Positions 53,185 through 63,533 are shown, numbered from the stretch's first letter. The stretch: 64,000 bases of DNA from an uncultured Clostridia bacterium (GCA_930990515.1 CAKNPS010000003.1:49006-113005), one strand, 5' to 3'. The notes: generated by a model from the sequence alone, not told the origin. Program-made: numbers and translations.

Positions 53185-53790
53185 ATGAATTTGCAGATTA
53201 TTGGTAGATTTATTAAAGAACAAAGAAAAATAAGGGGAATGACTCAAGCGGAACTTGCTGAAAAAATTTGTGTAAGTGAAAAGACGATTTCTAAGTGGGA
53301 GTGTGGAAATGGTTTTCCTGATACATCTTTAATGTTACCTCTTTGCAAAGAACTTGGAATTACTGCAAATGAACTTTTATCGGGAAAGAAATTGACAGGT
53401 GACGAATATATGAGACAAGCAGAAAATAATTTAGTTACATTAAAAACTCAACAAGAACAAAGTCATAAACTTTTGCTGACTATTGAATATATTTTGGGCT
53501 ACATGTCTTCTTTAACTTTAATAATTTTAGTTTTTGTGGCATCATATATAAATATGCCAACTTGGCTTCGAATTTTCTTAATTGTTTTTGGATTGATACA
53601 CACGATTTTTGGTATTCATTTCTGCATAGTGATAGAAAAAGATGCTGGATTCTATGAATGTCAACATTGTCACAACAAATATATTCCGACATACAAGCAA
53701 GTATTATTTTCAATGCATTATGGAAGAACAAGATACATGAAATGTCCAAAATGTCATAAAAAATCTTGGCAAAAGAAAGTTATAAAATAG
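53185..53790 (+). CDS. XRE-family HTH protein with TM segments and C-terminal zinc ribbon
   Basis: MTQAELAEKICVSEKTISKWECG HTH. Two hydrophobic helices. CQHCHNK...CPKCHKK Cys pairs. Confidence 0.7.
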   Translation: MNLQIIGRFIKEQRKIRGMTQAELAEKICVSEKTISKWECGNGFPDTSLMLPLCKELGITANELLSGKKLTGDEYMRQAENNLVTLKTQQEQSHKLLLTIEYILGYMSSLTLIILVFVASYINMPTWLRIFLIVFGLIHTIFGIHFCIVIEKDAGFYECQHCHNKYIPTYKQVLFSMHYGRTRYMKCPKCHKKSWQKKVIK

Positions 53791-53833
53791 ATTCGCATTC
53801 TATTTTAAAGTAAAAATTTAGTTTGATTTTATT

Positions 53834-54781
53834 ATGAATTTTAAAATTAGAAACATTTCCCTTTTTTAGCATTAATAACTTTAATGGTTGTGTTAGAAAA
53901 ATTGCAAAATATTTTGCAAATTTTATTTGTTTTTATTTATTTTTTGCCATACAACTTGTTTTGCTTGTTGCCATCATTGTTCTTATGTGCAAGGGTGCAA
54001 AACATAAGGCAATTTCATCTTTAATGTTGTTCTGTGCATTGATTTATATAATTACGCCAACTATTATTGCTTTTGCAAATACAGGAGAACAAAATTACGA
54101 GTACGTAGTTCATGCGGGGGTGGGATTTCTAATATTCAATATTTAAATTCCAAAGAAGGTTTTTTGCAATATGCAAATGAAGGGTGCACTATTATGGAGA
54201 TAGATTTTCTATATACTAGTGACGGAGAAATTGTTGGCTCGCATTTGTTTGAACATTTGGACGGATTTAGTTTTAACAATAGGCCGACACTTGAAGAGTT
54301 TGAAAACACAAAACTTGAAGGGAAATTTTTGGGCATAACATTTGACTGGTTAATTGAACAATTAGAAAATTTTCCAGAAATTAGAATCATTTTTGATTCC
54401 AAAGAAAACAACACTCTTTCGCTTTTAGAAGATATGGTTGAAAAAGCAAATGAAAAAGATTTTGATTTATTATCCAGAATGATAATTCAAGTTTATAGCA
54501 TTGAAAATTACAACGAGATTAAAAATAATCTGGCACTGAACTTTACAACTTTTTGGTTTACTAATTATAAATCTAATTACACGAATTTTCAAATTCAAAA
54601 ATATTTTGGTGATAAAGAAGATGTGGAAACTATTGTTCTTTCTTGTTTAGATTGGTGGTTTTATCATCAGACTGCTTTCCATTTTGATAAAAAAATTGCT
54701 GTCCACACTGTCAATGGTTCTAGTGCTGTAAACTTTTTAGCAGACAGGGGTGCAAATTATATTTTTGTGGATAGATTTTAA
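53834..54781 (+). pseudogene. glycerophosphodiester phosphodiesterase / PI-PLC-like membrane protein, frameshifted
   Basis: ORF 53961..54146 ends ...YVVHAGVGFLIFNI*. Adding one G to the G5 run at 54116-54120 gives HAGGGISNIQYLNSKEGFLQYANEGCTIMEIDFLYTSDGEIVGSH, continuous with ORF 54164..54781. A second possible shift at T6 53862-53867 would join ATG 53834. Confidence 0.6.
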
Positions 54782-54902
54782 AAAATTATAAAATATTAGC
54801 AAAAATTAAAGAAAAAATTAGAAAAATAATGCAATTTTTTATAAATTTTGATATTTTTCAGAATTAAATTAAAATAAAAATAAAAAATTAAATATGTCCA
54901 TA

Positions 54903-54931
54903 TTGACATATTTTCTTTTTTGAATTATAAT
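54903..54931 (+). promoter_or_regulatory. consensus sigma-A promoter TTGACA-17-TATAAT
   Basis: TTGACA 54903-54908, TATAAT 54926-54931, GGAGGG 54951-54956, ATG 54961. Confidence 0.6.
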
Positions 54932-54960
54932 ATTTAGGCAATAAACTTTTGGAGGGAAGA

Positions 54961-57513
54961 ATGAAAAAACTTACTGAACAAGAAGTTCAAGAAAAAATTG
55001 ATTCAAATGAAATGATTTCTTATGCTGTGAGTGAACTTGAAGAAATTTTTAAAACCAAATTTTATTTATCCGAGAAAGAATTGAAAGAAGTGATTGTTGA
55101 TGTGGTTTCAAGAACTGACGAAGATATAATCATTGGACTTACTGATATTTTTCAAAAATTTGTGGATAATGAAATAAATGGTGTTTCTAAGAACGAGAGA
55201 AGAGTTTTGGCAAAAAGGACAATTTCAAACTGCTTAGATTTATACAACATGGAAAAACAAGAAATCTTAAACGACTTTTTTAATATGATTGCAGAAGCAA
55301 AAAAATATAACATTGACCCATTCAAACTTGCAATCAAAGGAAATTTAAGAAATGCATCTCCAGAAAAATTTTATTCAAGTTTAAATGCACTTGTTGAAAA
55401 AGAATATGTTGATTTAAACACAAATGAAAAATTTACACTTTTTGATAAAAAAGATGTTAAAGATTTGTTTGAAAGATGTGCTTCTTTTGCCTGTGGGTTA
55501 AATGAAGAAGATGTTAAAAATGTTTTAGATGTTTTGGCAAATTTTGCTTTTGATGAAGAAACTGGAAACTATTATGTTCATCCTCGAGAATTAGTTAAAA
55601 AAGTTAATTTCCTTTTAAAAACTTCTCCAAAGCGTCTTGAAGAAAATATTGATTTTTTAATTAGAAGTTTCGTTCCAAATTTAATGTCAAAAAAAGATTT
55701 GGTTATGAGAGTGAGTGAATCTCCATCAATTTTGTTATGTAGTCCTGAAAAGATAGTTTCATTTGAGGACAAATTATCAAAGTGTGTTGATATAATTATA
55801 GAAGATGAAAACTTCACAGAAAAAATTGATGATAAGAAAAAATATGCTAGAGATTATGCTCATAATTTTTGTTATGATTTAGATAACTTTAATCTTATTA
55901 ATTCAATTAATGAAAATGGCTTTAAAAATATTGAAGAAATAAGTAAAATTTTAATAAAAAATTTAGGGGCAAATAATGCACTTAAGTGCTTAAAGAAAGT
56001 GGAAGTTTTGTCTTGTGACCCTAGCACATTAGATTGTTTCTTGACTAAACTTGCGGTTGATGAAAAGAAATATGATTTTGATTTTAGAGCATTTTTTATT
56101 CAAAACACAAATCTTTGTCTTAATCTTATGGAAGACGAAGAAAGTTTTCAAGATGTGGTGTCGGGAGCAAAAACAAATCGAAGAAAAAGAGAGCAAGAAG
56201 TTGCGGATAAAGGTGCTTTGCCAACCATTTCTGATGATGCTTATGAAAAGAAATATCAATCTCTTTCTGCTAAAAAGAAAAAAGATGTAGATGAACTTTC
56301 TGGTAATATTTTAGAAAATATTCAAAAACGAAAAGAAAAAAGAAAGTTGTCAAGAGAAGAGAAAAAGCAAGAAAAATTACAGGAAGAATATAAACATATA
56401 GATGAAATTAAGGCAAAATTAAATGAAAAGGAATATTCTTCAGAATATGTGAGAATTTTAAGTAAAATTAAAGCATTCCTTGATGATAAGTATGGTGAAG
56501 GTTATGCTCAAAAAACTTATTCCATTGATGATTATATAAAATCATATAACGCTTTAAAGGTTGTTAATGATGAGTATAACAAAATTATTGCTTTTACAGA
56601 CGAAGTTAGTAAAATTTTAGAAACAAATGCTGATGGTGGGACAATTCTTCCAGTTATAAAGATTGTAGATGCTAATGTAAATACTGAAGTTTTAAAAAGA
56701 CAAATTTTAGAGTTTGACGCAACTCTTACTCCAGTTTTGAAAAAGTTAGAAACACTTCAAAATATGTCTATTGATGCATTTAAAAGTAATATGAAATTAT
56801 TTGAAAAAATACTACAATTGGATGATAAAATTGGACTTAAAACAAAAGATGGTTTTTATAAAAAATTTCAAGAGGGGTTTGTTATAGATGAAATTCTAAA
56901 TAATGGAATTTATCTTCGTTATTTAGAAATGATGAAAAAGGTAGTAGATAAAGAGTTTAAAGAAACGACTGATACGATTTTGCCAACTTATGAAATTGAT
57001 GCTTTGCTTGAAATTGAAATTGTTACTAAAGATAAATTTCGTTCTCTTGGCGCTGTTTATGCATTATCAAATATTATTTATAATATTTATCAAACGAGTT
57101 ATGAAAATATGGCAAAACTAATTGAACAGGAAGATAAAAGAAGAAAAAGTACTAATGAAGATGGGTCATTTGATAAAGTGCTAATGAACAATTTAGATGG
57201 ATACTTGCAAGATTCAAAAGATAGGCAAAATTATATAAAAATTGCATCAACTCTTTTAAACTGGGGCAAGAAAATTGAAAACTTTTCAAAAAGCACTTCT
57301 GTTTTCAATAGATTTAGAAAACTTCTAAAAGGAATGGATTTTAAAATTGACGATAATGGAGCAATTTCACTTGAAACAAAAATTCCAAAATTTGATGAAG
57401 AAGGTTATCCTACTAACGAAAGAAATGAAAATTTATTAACAAATAAAAAATGCTTATTTTTATGTTCACAAAAAGCAAAATCTAAAAAAAATAGTGGAAA
57501 AGATGACAAATAA
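54961..57513 (+). CDS. 850-aa hypothetical protein; N-terminal half resembles mTERF-type helical repeats, C-terminal half Lys/Glu-rich coiled-coil-like
   Basis: Long ORF with a good SD. Repeated patterns LLKTSPKRLEENIDFLIRSF, VSESPSILLCSPEKIVSFEDKL and LKKVEVLSCDPSTLDCFLTKL recall the mTERF P-iL--s-e-l motif. Assignment by eye only. Confidence 0.6.
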   Translation: MKKLTEQEVQEKIDSNEMISYAVSELEEIFKTKFYLSEKELKEVIVDVVSRTDEDIIIGLTDIFQKFVDNEINGVSKNERRVLAKRTISNCLDLYNMEKQEILNDFFNMIAEAKKYNIDPFKLAIKGNLRNASPEKFYSSLNALVEKEYVDLNTNEKFTLFDKKDVKDLFERCASFACGLNEEDVKNVLDVLANFAFDEETGNYYVHPRELVKKVNFLLKTSPKRLEENIDFLIRSFVPNLMSKKDLVMRVSESPSILLCSPEKIVSFEDKLSKCVDIIIEDENFTEKIDDKKKYARDYAHNFCYDLDNFNLINSINENGFKNIEEISKILIKNLGANNALKCLKKVEVLSCDPSTLDCFLTKLAVDEKKYDFDFRAFFIQNTNLCLNLMEDEESFQDVVSGAKTNRRKREQEVADKGALPTISDDAYEKKYQSLSAKKKKDVDELSGNILENIQKRKEKRKLSREEKKQEKLQEEYKHIDEIKAKLNEKEYSSEYVRILSKIKAFLDDKYGEGYAQKTYSIDDYIKSYNALKVVNDEYNKIIAFTDEVSKILETNADGGTILPVIKIVDANVNTEVLKRQILEFDATLTPVLKKLETLQNMSIDAFKSNMKLFEKILQLDDKIGLKTKDGFYKKFQEGFVIDEILNNGIYLRYLEMMKKVVDKEFKETTDTILPTYEIDALLEIEIVTKDKFRSLGAVYALSNIIYNIYQTSYENMAKLIEQEDKRRKSTNEDGSFDKVLMNNLDGYLQDSKDRQNYIKIASTLLNWGKKIENFSKSTSVFNRFRKLLKGMDFKIDDNGAISLETKIPKFDEEGYPTNERNENLLTNKKCLFLCSQKAKSKKNSGKDDK

Positions 57514-57781
57514 ATGAAAAAATTGCAAAAAAATAATTTTTTTTGCGATTTTTTTGTATTTTTTATGTTTTTTTAACTTTAAATATTTTTAATTTGGATT
57601 GGTTTAAAAAAACTTTTAAAGAACACTTTAAATTTTAAAAAATAATTTTCTTTAATATAATAAACAAGTTGCTTTTTTAATTTATTTATTTTATAATATA
57701 TTTAAAGTTATCGCACATCATAACTTAATCGCATAAATAAAGTTGACATACCTAGATTACGAAACCTTTTGAGGTGAGATT

Positions 57782-58747
57782 ATGGATATTATCGAAGTTA
57801 AAGATTTAACACAAGATTATGGACACGGCCGTGGCGTGTTTGATGTTTCTTTCAGTGTTAAAGAAGGGGAAGTTTTTGGATTTTTAGGTCCAAATGGTGC
57901 GGGAAAATCAACAACGATTCGACATATTATGGGATTTTCAAGACCACAAAAAGGAGAAACAAAAGTTTTTGGTCTTGAAAGTTTTCATAATTACTATAAA
58001 ATTTTGGCTAATGTTGGCTATCTGCCCGGTGAAATTGCTCTTCCAGAAGGACTTACAGGGGTGGAATTTATTAAAATGATGGCAGATTTAAGACATTGTA
58101 AAAATACTGAAAGGCTAGATTATCTTCTTGATAAATTTAAGTTAAATCCAAAGATTGAAACCAAAACAATGAGTCTTGGAGAAAAAAGAAAACTTGCCAT
58201 TGTTGCTGCTTTTATGAATGACCCTGATGTTCTCATATTAGATGAACCAACAAGCGGGCTGGACCCTGTTATGCAACAAAACTTTATTGATTTTATTAAA
58301 GAAGAAAAGAAACGCGGAAAAACTATTCTTCTTTCATCACATATTTTTAATGAAGTTGAAGCAACATGTGACAGAATTGCAATTATTAAAGATGGACGAA
58401 TTGTTTCCACTTTTGAAACTAATCTTATTAAACACAATGAAAACAAGAGCTTTGAAGTTTTGTTTAATGATAAACAAGAGTATGAGAAATTTTTAAAAAC
58501 TTTACCAAAAGCAAAACTTAAAATGGAACGCATTGAAAAATATGGTATAAAAGATAAAGATGACGAAAAGTTAAAAGTAGAAATTGCTTGCTGTGATAAA
58601 GATATTAATAAAATTGTGGAAATTTTAGGTGATTTTAAAATTAAATCATTTAAAGAAGTTAAATTCACATTGGAAGATTACTTTATGCAGTTCTATCGTG
58701 AAGATAAAGATTTTGGAGGGGTTAAATGGAAGAAAAAGAAGAAGTAA
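57782..58747 (+). CDS. ABC transporter ATP-binding protein
   Basis: Walker A GPNGAGKSTT, signature-like MSLGEKRKL, Walker B LILDEPTSGLD, H-loop SSHIF. Confidence 0.85.
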   Translation: MDIIEVKDLTQDYGHGRGVFDVSFSVKEGEVFGFLGPNGAGKSTTIRHIMGFSRPQKGETKVFGLESFHNYYKILANVGYLPGEIALPEGLTGVEFIKMMADLRHCKNTERLDYLLDKFKLNPKIETKTMSLGEKRKLAIVAAFMNDPDVLILDEPTSGLDPVMQQNFIDFIKEEKKRGKTILLSSHIFNEVEATCDRIAIIKDGRIVSTFETNLIKHNENKSFEVLFNDKQEYEKFLKTLPKAKLKMERIEKYGIKDKDDEKLKVEIACCDKDINKIVEILGDFKIKSFKEVKFTLEDYFMQFYREDKDFGGVKWKKKKK

Positions 58748-59649
58748 TTAAAGTCACGAACCTCACAAAAGATTATGGAAACGGTCGCGGAATTTTTGAT
58801 TTAAATTTTACTATTTATAAAGGCGAAACTTTTGGTTTTGTGGGAACTAATGGAAGTGGAAAAACCACGACAATTCGTAATATTATGGGGTTTATAAAGC
58901 CACAACAAGGAACAGTTCAAGTTTTAGGTATGGATGCTTGGAAAGATTCTTGCGAAATTAAAAAGTATGTGGCATATATTCCTGGCGAGATTGCATTTCC
59001 AGATTTAACGACAGGTATCTCATTTTTTAAAGCACAAGCAGAATTGCTTAAATTGAAAAATATGGATTACGCAAACTCTCTCATAAAACGCCTTCAACTT
59101 GACCCTTCGGCGAACCTAAAAAGAATGAGTAAAGGAATGAAGCAAAAGACGGCAATTGTTGCGGCTCTTATGGCAGATAAAGACATCTTAATCTTAGATG
59201 AACCGACAACTGGACTTGACCCGCTTATGAGAGAAACATTTTTGGAACTTATCAAGGAAGAGAAAGAAAAAGGCAAAACAATTTTGATGAGTAGCCAAAT
59301 GTTTGACGAACTTGAAGCAACTTGTGACAGGGTTGCACTTATATTTGATGGAAAGATAATCGATATTGCTGATATAAACGCACTTAAAAACTCTGATATT
59401 AGGGCTTATAAAATTGAGTTTTTGGATAAAGAAGAATATAAAAAATTTAAAAGACTTAAATTTAAAATCATTCGTGACCAAGAAAAATATTCTCAGGTGA
59501 CAATTCAAATTGAAGATAATAAAATTAATCATTTGTTTAAAGTTCTTAAAAATTATCATCTTAAATTCATTAGTGAAGTTAAGTTTAATTTGGAAAAACA
59601 TTTTAAAGAAATTCTCGCAGAGAGATTAAAAGGAGGAGAAAATGTTTAG
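58726..59649 (+). CDS. ABC transporter ATP-binding protein (second subunit)
   Basis: 22-nt overlap with the upstream ATPase gene. GTNGSGKTTT, MSKGMKQKT and [11 protein letters not shown] motifs. Confidence 0.85.
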   Translation: MEEKEEVIKVTNLTKDYGNGRGIFDLNFTIYKGETFGFVGTNGSGKTTTIRNIMGFIKPQQGTVQVLGMDAWKDSCEIKKYVAYIPGEIAFPDLTTGISFFKAQAELLKLKNMDYANSLIKRLQLDPSANLKRMSKGMKQKTAIVAALMADKDILILDEPTTGLDPLMRETFLELIKEEKEKGKTILMSSQMFDELEATCDRVALIFDGKIIDIADINALKNSDIRAYKIEFLDKEEYKKFKRLKFKIIRDQEKYSQVTIQIEDNKINHLFKVLKNYHLKFISEVKFNLEKHFKEILAERLKGGENV

Positions 59650-61330
59650 TAAGGCGCTTTTTAAACAATCAATGAAAGCGAATTGGGTTAAATGGACATG
59701 TGTGACTGTTGCCACTTGTGTTATGCTTGCCATTGTTATTATTGCACTTGGAAGTCTGGCAATTGATAACATTCGTGATTCTCTTAAGGGTGTGTTTCAA
59801 CAGGCAGACCAAGAATCAGTCCTTAAATCTAATTCAGTTGATAGTTATGAGTTATACTTAACCACGGCTCAATTTGAAAATGGGGTGGAAATGATTAATG
59901 ATTCTGGTTTTACTGAACTTATGTGGTCTATAGTTATTCAACCAAATTATAATGATGCATTAAATGAATATCAAACAACAAATCCAGGAGCAGAATTGAC
60001 AGAGAAGGCTTTGGAAGAGATAAAAAATAATGCTGTTAATAGTGCCTACGATACAATTATATCTATTCTTCCATCTGTTATGCCAGATGCTGATTTTACA
60101 GAAAGTGAATTAAAGCAACTTTTGTATATTATGATGTGTGCACACGAAGATAACAATAGTTTATCAAGTGCTGCAGACATAATAACAGCAATTGAAAATT
60201 CATATTTGCAATATGTTCAAGATAGTGCTTATGAAATGTATTTGCAACAAGAAGATGCAACTGAAGAAACTGCGACTGCATCTAGTTTAGCAGCAAGAGC
60301 ACTTGCAAGTTATGCTATGGAATCATACAAAACTCAATCTGCACAAGAAGGTTTTGTTTACACGGAAGATACTTTTAAAGAAGAAGCAAATTCTTATGTT
60401 AACCAAATGATTTATGACCAAGTTTTAGCAACATTTAATCTTGGAGATGATGCAACTGACGAAGAAAAAACGGAAGCGGAATATTATGCTGTGGCTTCAA
60501 AAGTTATATCAAACACTGCAATTAACACTTATGAACTTTGGCTTGACGAATATGATGATACAGAAAAATATCCAGATATGACAGAAGAACAAGCAAAGAT
60601 AAGTGCAAAAGAGCAAGCATCTGCCAGCCTTATGGATCAAATTGATGAAGAAGTTGCTGCCGCTTTAAAAGAACTTGGTGATATGGATATGTATGGGCTT
60701 ATTATTGGCAATCTTTTCTACCGTGTTGCTGGAATTTTGCTCCCAATGGTATATGTTATTATGGTGGCAAATGGACTTCTTGCTGGGCAAGTTGATAGTG
60801 GCTCAATGGCTTATGTTCTTTCAACACCAACAAAGAGAAGAACAGTAACAGTGACACAAATGACATATCTTATGTTATCTCTCCTTGCAATGTTCTTACT
60901 TGTAACTGTCACCAGTGTTGTTTCAATTTGGATTGTCGGCGGAAATGAATTTACCATTAATTTTGTAGAAATTTTACTTCTCAATCTTGGAGCATTCTTA
61001 ACAATGTTTGCTTTTGCTGGTTTCTGTTTTATGTGTTCTTCAATTTTTAATCGTTCAAAATATTCAATGTCGATTGGCGGTGGTATTTCCATTTTAATGC
61101 TTGTTTGCACAATCTTAGGTTTGTTTGGTTCAGATGTTGTTCCTGCTGCTATGAGAATCGGGCAAATGAATTTCTTTAACTATTTATCAATTATTTCACT
61201 TTTTGATGCAACATCAATCTTGTCAGGCGGTATGGATTTCTTATGGAAATTTGGAATTTTAGCTTTAATTGGGATTGTGACATTTATTGTTGGTGTGTTC
61301 TGGTTTGAAAAGAAAGATTTACCACTATAA
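59642..61330 (+). CDS. ABC-2 type permease with large acidic extracytoplasmic domain
   Basis: 8-nt overlap with the ATPase gene. N-terminal TM, ~300-aa Asp/Glu-rich loop, then about 5 C-terminal TM segments. Confidence 0.7.
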   Translation: MFSKALFKQSMKANWVKWTCVTVATCVMLAIVIIALGSLAIDNIRDSLKGVFQQADQESVLKSNSVDSYELYLTTAQFENGVEMINDSGFTELMWSIVIQPNYNDALNEYQTTNPGAELTEKALEEIKNNAVNSAYDTIISILPSVMPDADFTESELKQLLYIMMCAHEDNNSLSSAADIITAIENSYLQYVQDSAYEMYLQQEDATEETATASSLAARALASYAMESYKTQSAQEGFVYTEDTFKEEANSYVNQMIYDQVLATFNLGDDATDEEKTEAEYYAVASKVISNTAINTYELWLDEYDDTEKYPDMTEEQAKISAKEQASASLMDQIDEEVAAALKELGDMDMYGLIIGNLFYRVAGILLPMVYVIMVANGLLAGQVDSGSMAYVLSTPTKRRTVTVTQMTYLMLSLLAMFLLVTVTSVVSIWIVGGNEFTINFVEILLLNLGAFLTMFAFAGFCFMCSSIFNRSKYSMSIGGGISILMLVCTILGLFGSDVVPAAMRIGQMNFFNYLSIISLFDATSILSGGMDFLWKFGILALIGIVTFIVGVFWFEKKDLPL

Positions 61331-61365
61331 TAAAGCAAAAAATTTTAAAATTTAGGGTATATATT

Positions 61366-62208
61366 ATGATAACATTAAAAATTATTGTAGAAAATAGAGA
61401 TAATTGCAGTTTTAAAGGAGAAAGTGGATTATCAGTTTTGGTTGATGCCTTTGGAAAAACTTTTTTACTTGATACAGGATATTCTGACTTGTTCCTGAAA
61501 AACGCACAACTTTTAGGTATTGACTTGTCAAAAATTGAAAAAGTTATTCTTACTCATGGTCATAGCGACCACACAAATGGAATTCCTTTTTTGCCAGATG
61601 GGAAAACAATTATTATGCATCCTGCAGGTTTTAAAGATAGATGGTCAATAAGGAAAAAAGAATATGTGGGTTTTCCTATGACGGAAGATGAATTAGAAAA
61701 ACATCATAATGTTTTGATTTCAAGAGAGTCTATAAAATTTTATGAAAATTGCTATTTCTTAGGCGAAATTCCGATGGTTGTTGACTTTGAACGAAATGGA
61801 AATTTCTCAACAACCTTAGATGAACAATTAACTCAAAAAGATTATACAGAAGATGATTCAGGGGTTGCAATTACAACTTCTAAAGGGCTTTTTGTAATAA
61901 CAGGTTGTGGACATAGGGGCGTATGTAACACTATTGAGCATGCAAAAGAGATAACAGGGCAACAAAAAATTTGGGGAGTTTTTGGCGGATTTCATTTAAG
62001 AAATTTAGAAAAACAAAAAGAAGTAATTGACAGAACGATTGAATATTTGAATAAAAATAAAATTAAAGCATTATTTTTAGGTCATTGTGTCACAGATGAA
62101 GTTATAGATTATTTTGAAAAAAATATGCCTAATGTAGAAATATTTAGATTAGCATCTGGAAAAGAATTTAGTTTAGATTTAACTCCATTAATGCAAAGAC
62201 AAAAATAA
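61366..62208 (+). CDS. MBL-fold metallo-hydrolase
   Basis: GLSVLVDAFGKTFLLDTG and THGHSDHTNG motifs. CGHRG later in the sequence. 280 aa. Confidence 0.75.
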   Translation: MITLKIIVENRDNCSFKGESGLSVLVDAFGKTFLLDTGYSDLFLKNAQLLGIDLSKIEKVILTHGHSDHTNGIPFLPDGKTIIMHPAGFKDRWSIRKKEYVGFPMTEDELEKHHNVLISRESIKFYENCYFLGEIPMVVDFERNGNFSTTLDEQLTQKDYTEDDSGVAITTSKGLFVITGCGHRGVCNTIEHAKEITGQQKIWGVFGGFHLRNLEKQKEVIDRTIEYLNKNKIKALFLGHCVTDEVIDYFEKNMPNVEIFRLASGKEFSLDLTPLMQRQK

Positions 62209-62404
62209 ATTAATTTATATAATATAAACTATGTGATGTTAAAATTTTATTAGCATAAAATTTTAATAAATTCTATCGAATTTGTGTGCTAACGCACACT
62301 CATCACTTAGTATGTATAAACATCAGCCTCACCCTTGCAAGCAAGTTCGGCTTCCGATAATATTGATTATGTAACAAAAATACTTCTTTAGTCATGTAAA
62401 AAAT

Positions 62405-62434
62405 AATAAAAAACAGGCGATTGCCTGTTTTTTA
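62405..62434. terminator. bidirectional intrinsic terminator (serves hflX on the minus strand)
   Basis: A-run, ACAGGC-gatt-GCCTGT hairpin, T-run, about 20 nt downstream of the hflX stop codon (62454-62456). Confidence 0.65.
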
Positions 62435-62453
62435 TATTAATTATAATAACTAA

Positions 62454-63533
62454 TTAAAATAATCGATTTTTAATTTCTTCTTTAAGTTTTTCAAGATTAG
62501 TTTTCTTTTTTACTGAAAAAAGAATTTCGTCTTTGTTAATTTCAATAGGCTTGTTTATTAAATCAGTTTTGTTTAATATTACAAGTCTATTTTTTGTTGC
62601 TCCGATGTCGTCTAAGATTTCGTTTGTTATATCAATGTTTCGTTTGTAATTTTCATCTGAAACGTCAACAACATGTAAAACTAAATCGGCATCTTTGATT
62701 TCTTCCAAAGTGGAAGAGAAACTCTCAACAAGTTCGTGGGGGAGTTTGCTGATAAAGCCGACTGTGTCTGTCAAAGTGCAATATTTATCTTCCCCTAAAA
62801 ACATTCTTCGGCAAGTGGTGTCGAGAGTGGCAAACAATTTATCTTTAACATAAATGTCATCTTTTGTAAGCAAATTGAAAAGGGAACTTTTTCCTGCATT
62901 TGTGTAACCACCAATTACAACACTTTTTATGCCAGACTTTTTCCTTGCAAGTCGATTTTGTTCACGAGAATTTTTGATTTTTTTAATTTCTTTTTCCAAA
63001 GTTAAAATCTCGCTTTCAAGTTTACGCCTATCAAGTTCGAGTTTTGTTTCGCCTGGTCCACGCATACCAACACCAGCACCGCCAAATCTTCCAAAACTAC
63101 CTTGCATTGATGAAAGACGTGTTAAAAGATATTTGTTTTGAGCAAGTTTAACTTCAATTTTTCCTTCATTTGACTTTGCATTGAGTGCAAAAATGTCAAT
63201 GATAAGCAAAATTCTGTCTAAAACTTTGATGTTTAATTCATCGCTCAAGTTTCTTAGTTGTGAACCTGTAAGTTTAAAGTCAACAACAAGAACATCAACA
63301 TCATTTTCTTTTACAAATTCTTTAATTTCTTTAAGTTTTCCTTCGCCCATAATTGTTCGGCGATTGAAGGCTTTTATGTCTTGATGAAATATTTTTAAAA
63401 CTTGTAAATTTGCTGATGTGCACAATCTTTCAATTTCAGCAAATTGAAAAGCCTTATCTTTGTCATTTTCAATTGGACAAAACACAACAGCATTTTCCAT
63501 TTCAATTACATTATTTTCATACATCTTTGTCAT
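62454..63533 (-). CDS. hflX: GTPase HflX
   Basis: HflX N-terminal domain (QLRNL...LDRILLIIDIFA), G1 GYTNAGKSSLFN, G3 DTVGF, G4 NKTD. 359 aa. Confidence 0.85.
   Translation of the reverse strand: MTKMYENNVIEMENAVVFCPIENDKDKAFQFAEIERLCTSANLQVLKIFHQDIKAFNRRTIMGEGKLKEIKEFVKENDVDVLVVDFKLTGSQLRNLSDELNIKVLDRILLIIDIFALNAKSNEGKIEVKLAQNKYLLTRLSSMQGSFGRFGGAGVGMRGPGETKLELDRRKLESEILTLEKEIKKIKNSREQNRLARKKSGIKSVVIGGYTNAGKSSLFNLLTKDDIYVKDKLFATLDTTCRRMFLGEDKYCTLTDTVGFISKLPHELVESFSSTLEEIKDADLVLHVVDVSDENYKRNIDITNEILDDIGATKNRLVILNKTDLINKPIEINKDEILFSVKKKTNLEKLKEEIKNRLF

Noticed and set aside
52846-57513. Resident prophage or ICE integrated at tRNA-Thr
   Set aside because: No integrase, excisionase, replication or structural genes are visible downstream, and no third att-like copy occurs within the window. 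Only an accessory-looking flavour remains (XRE regulator, pseudogene, orphan).
58120-58668. 182-aa minus-strand ORF antisense to the first ABC ATPase gene
   Set aside because: The plus-strand frame carries intact Walker A, Walker B and signature motifs. The antisense ORF has no recognisable features.
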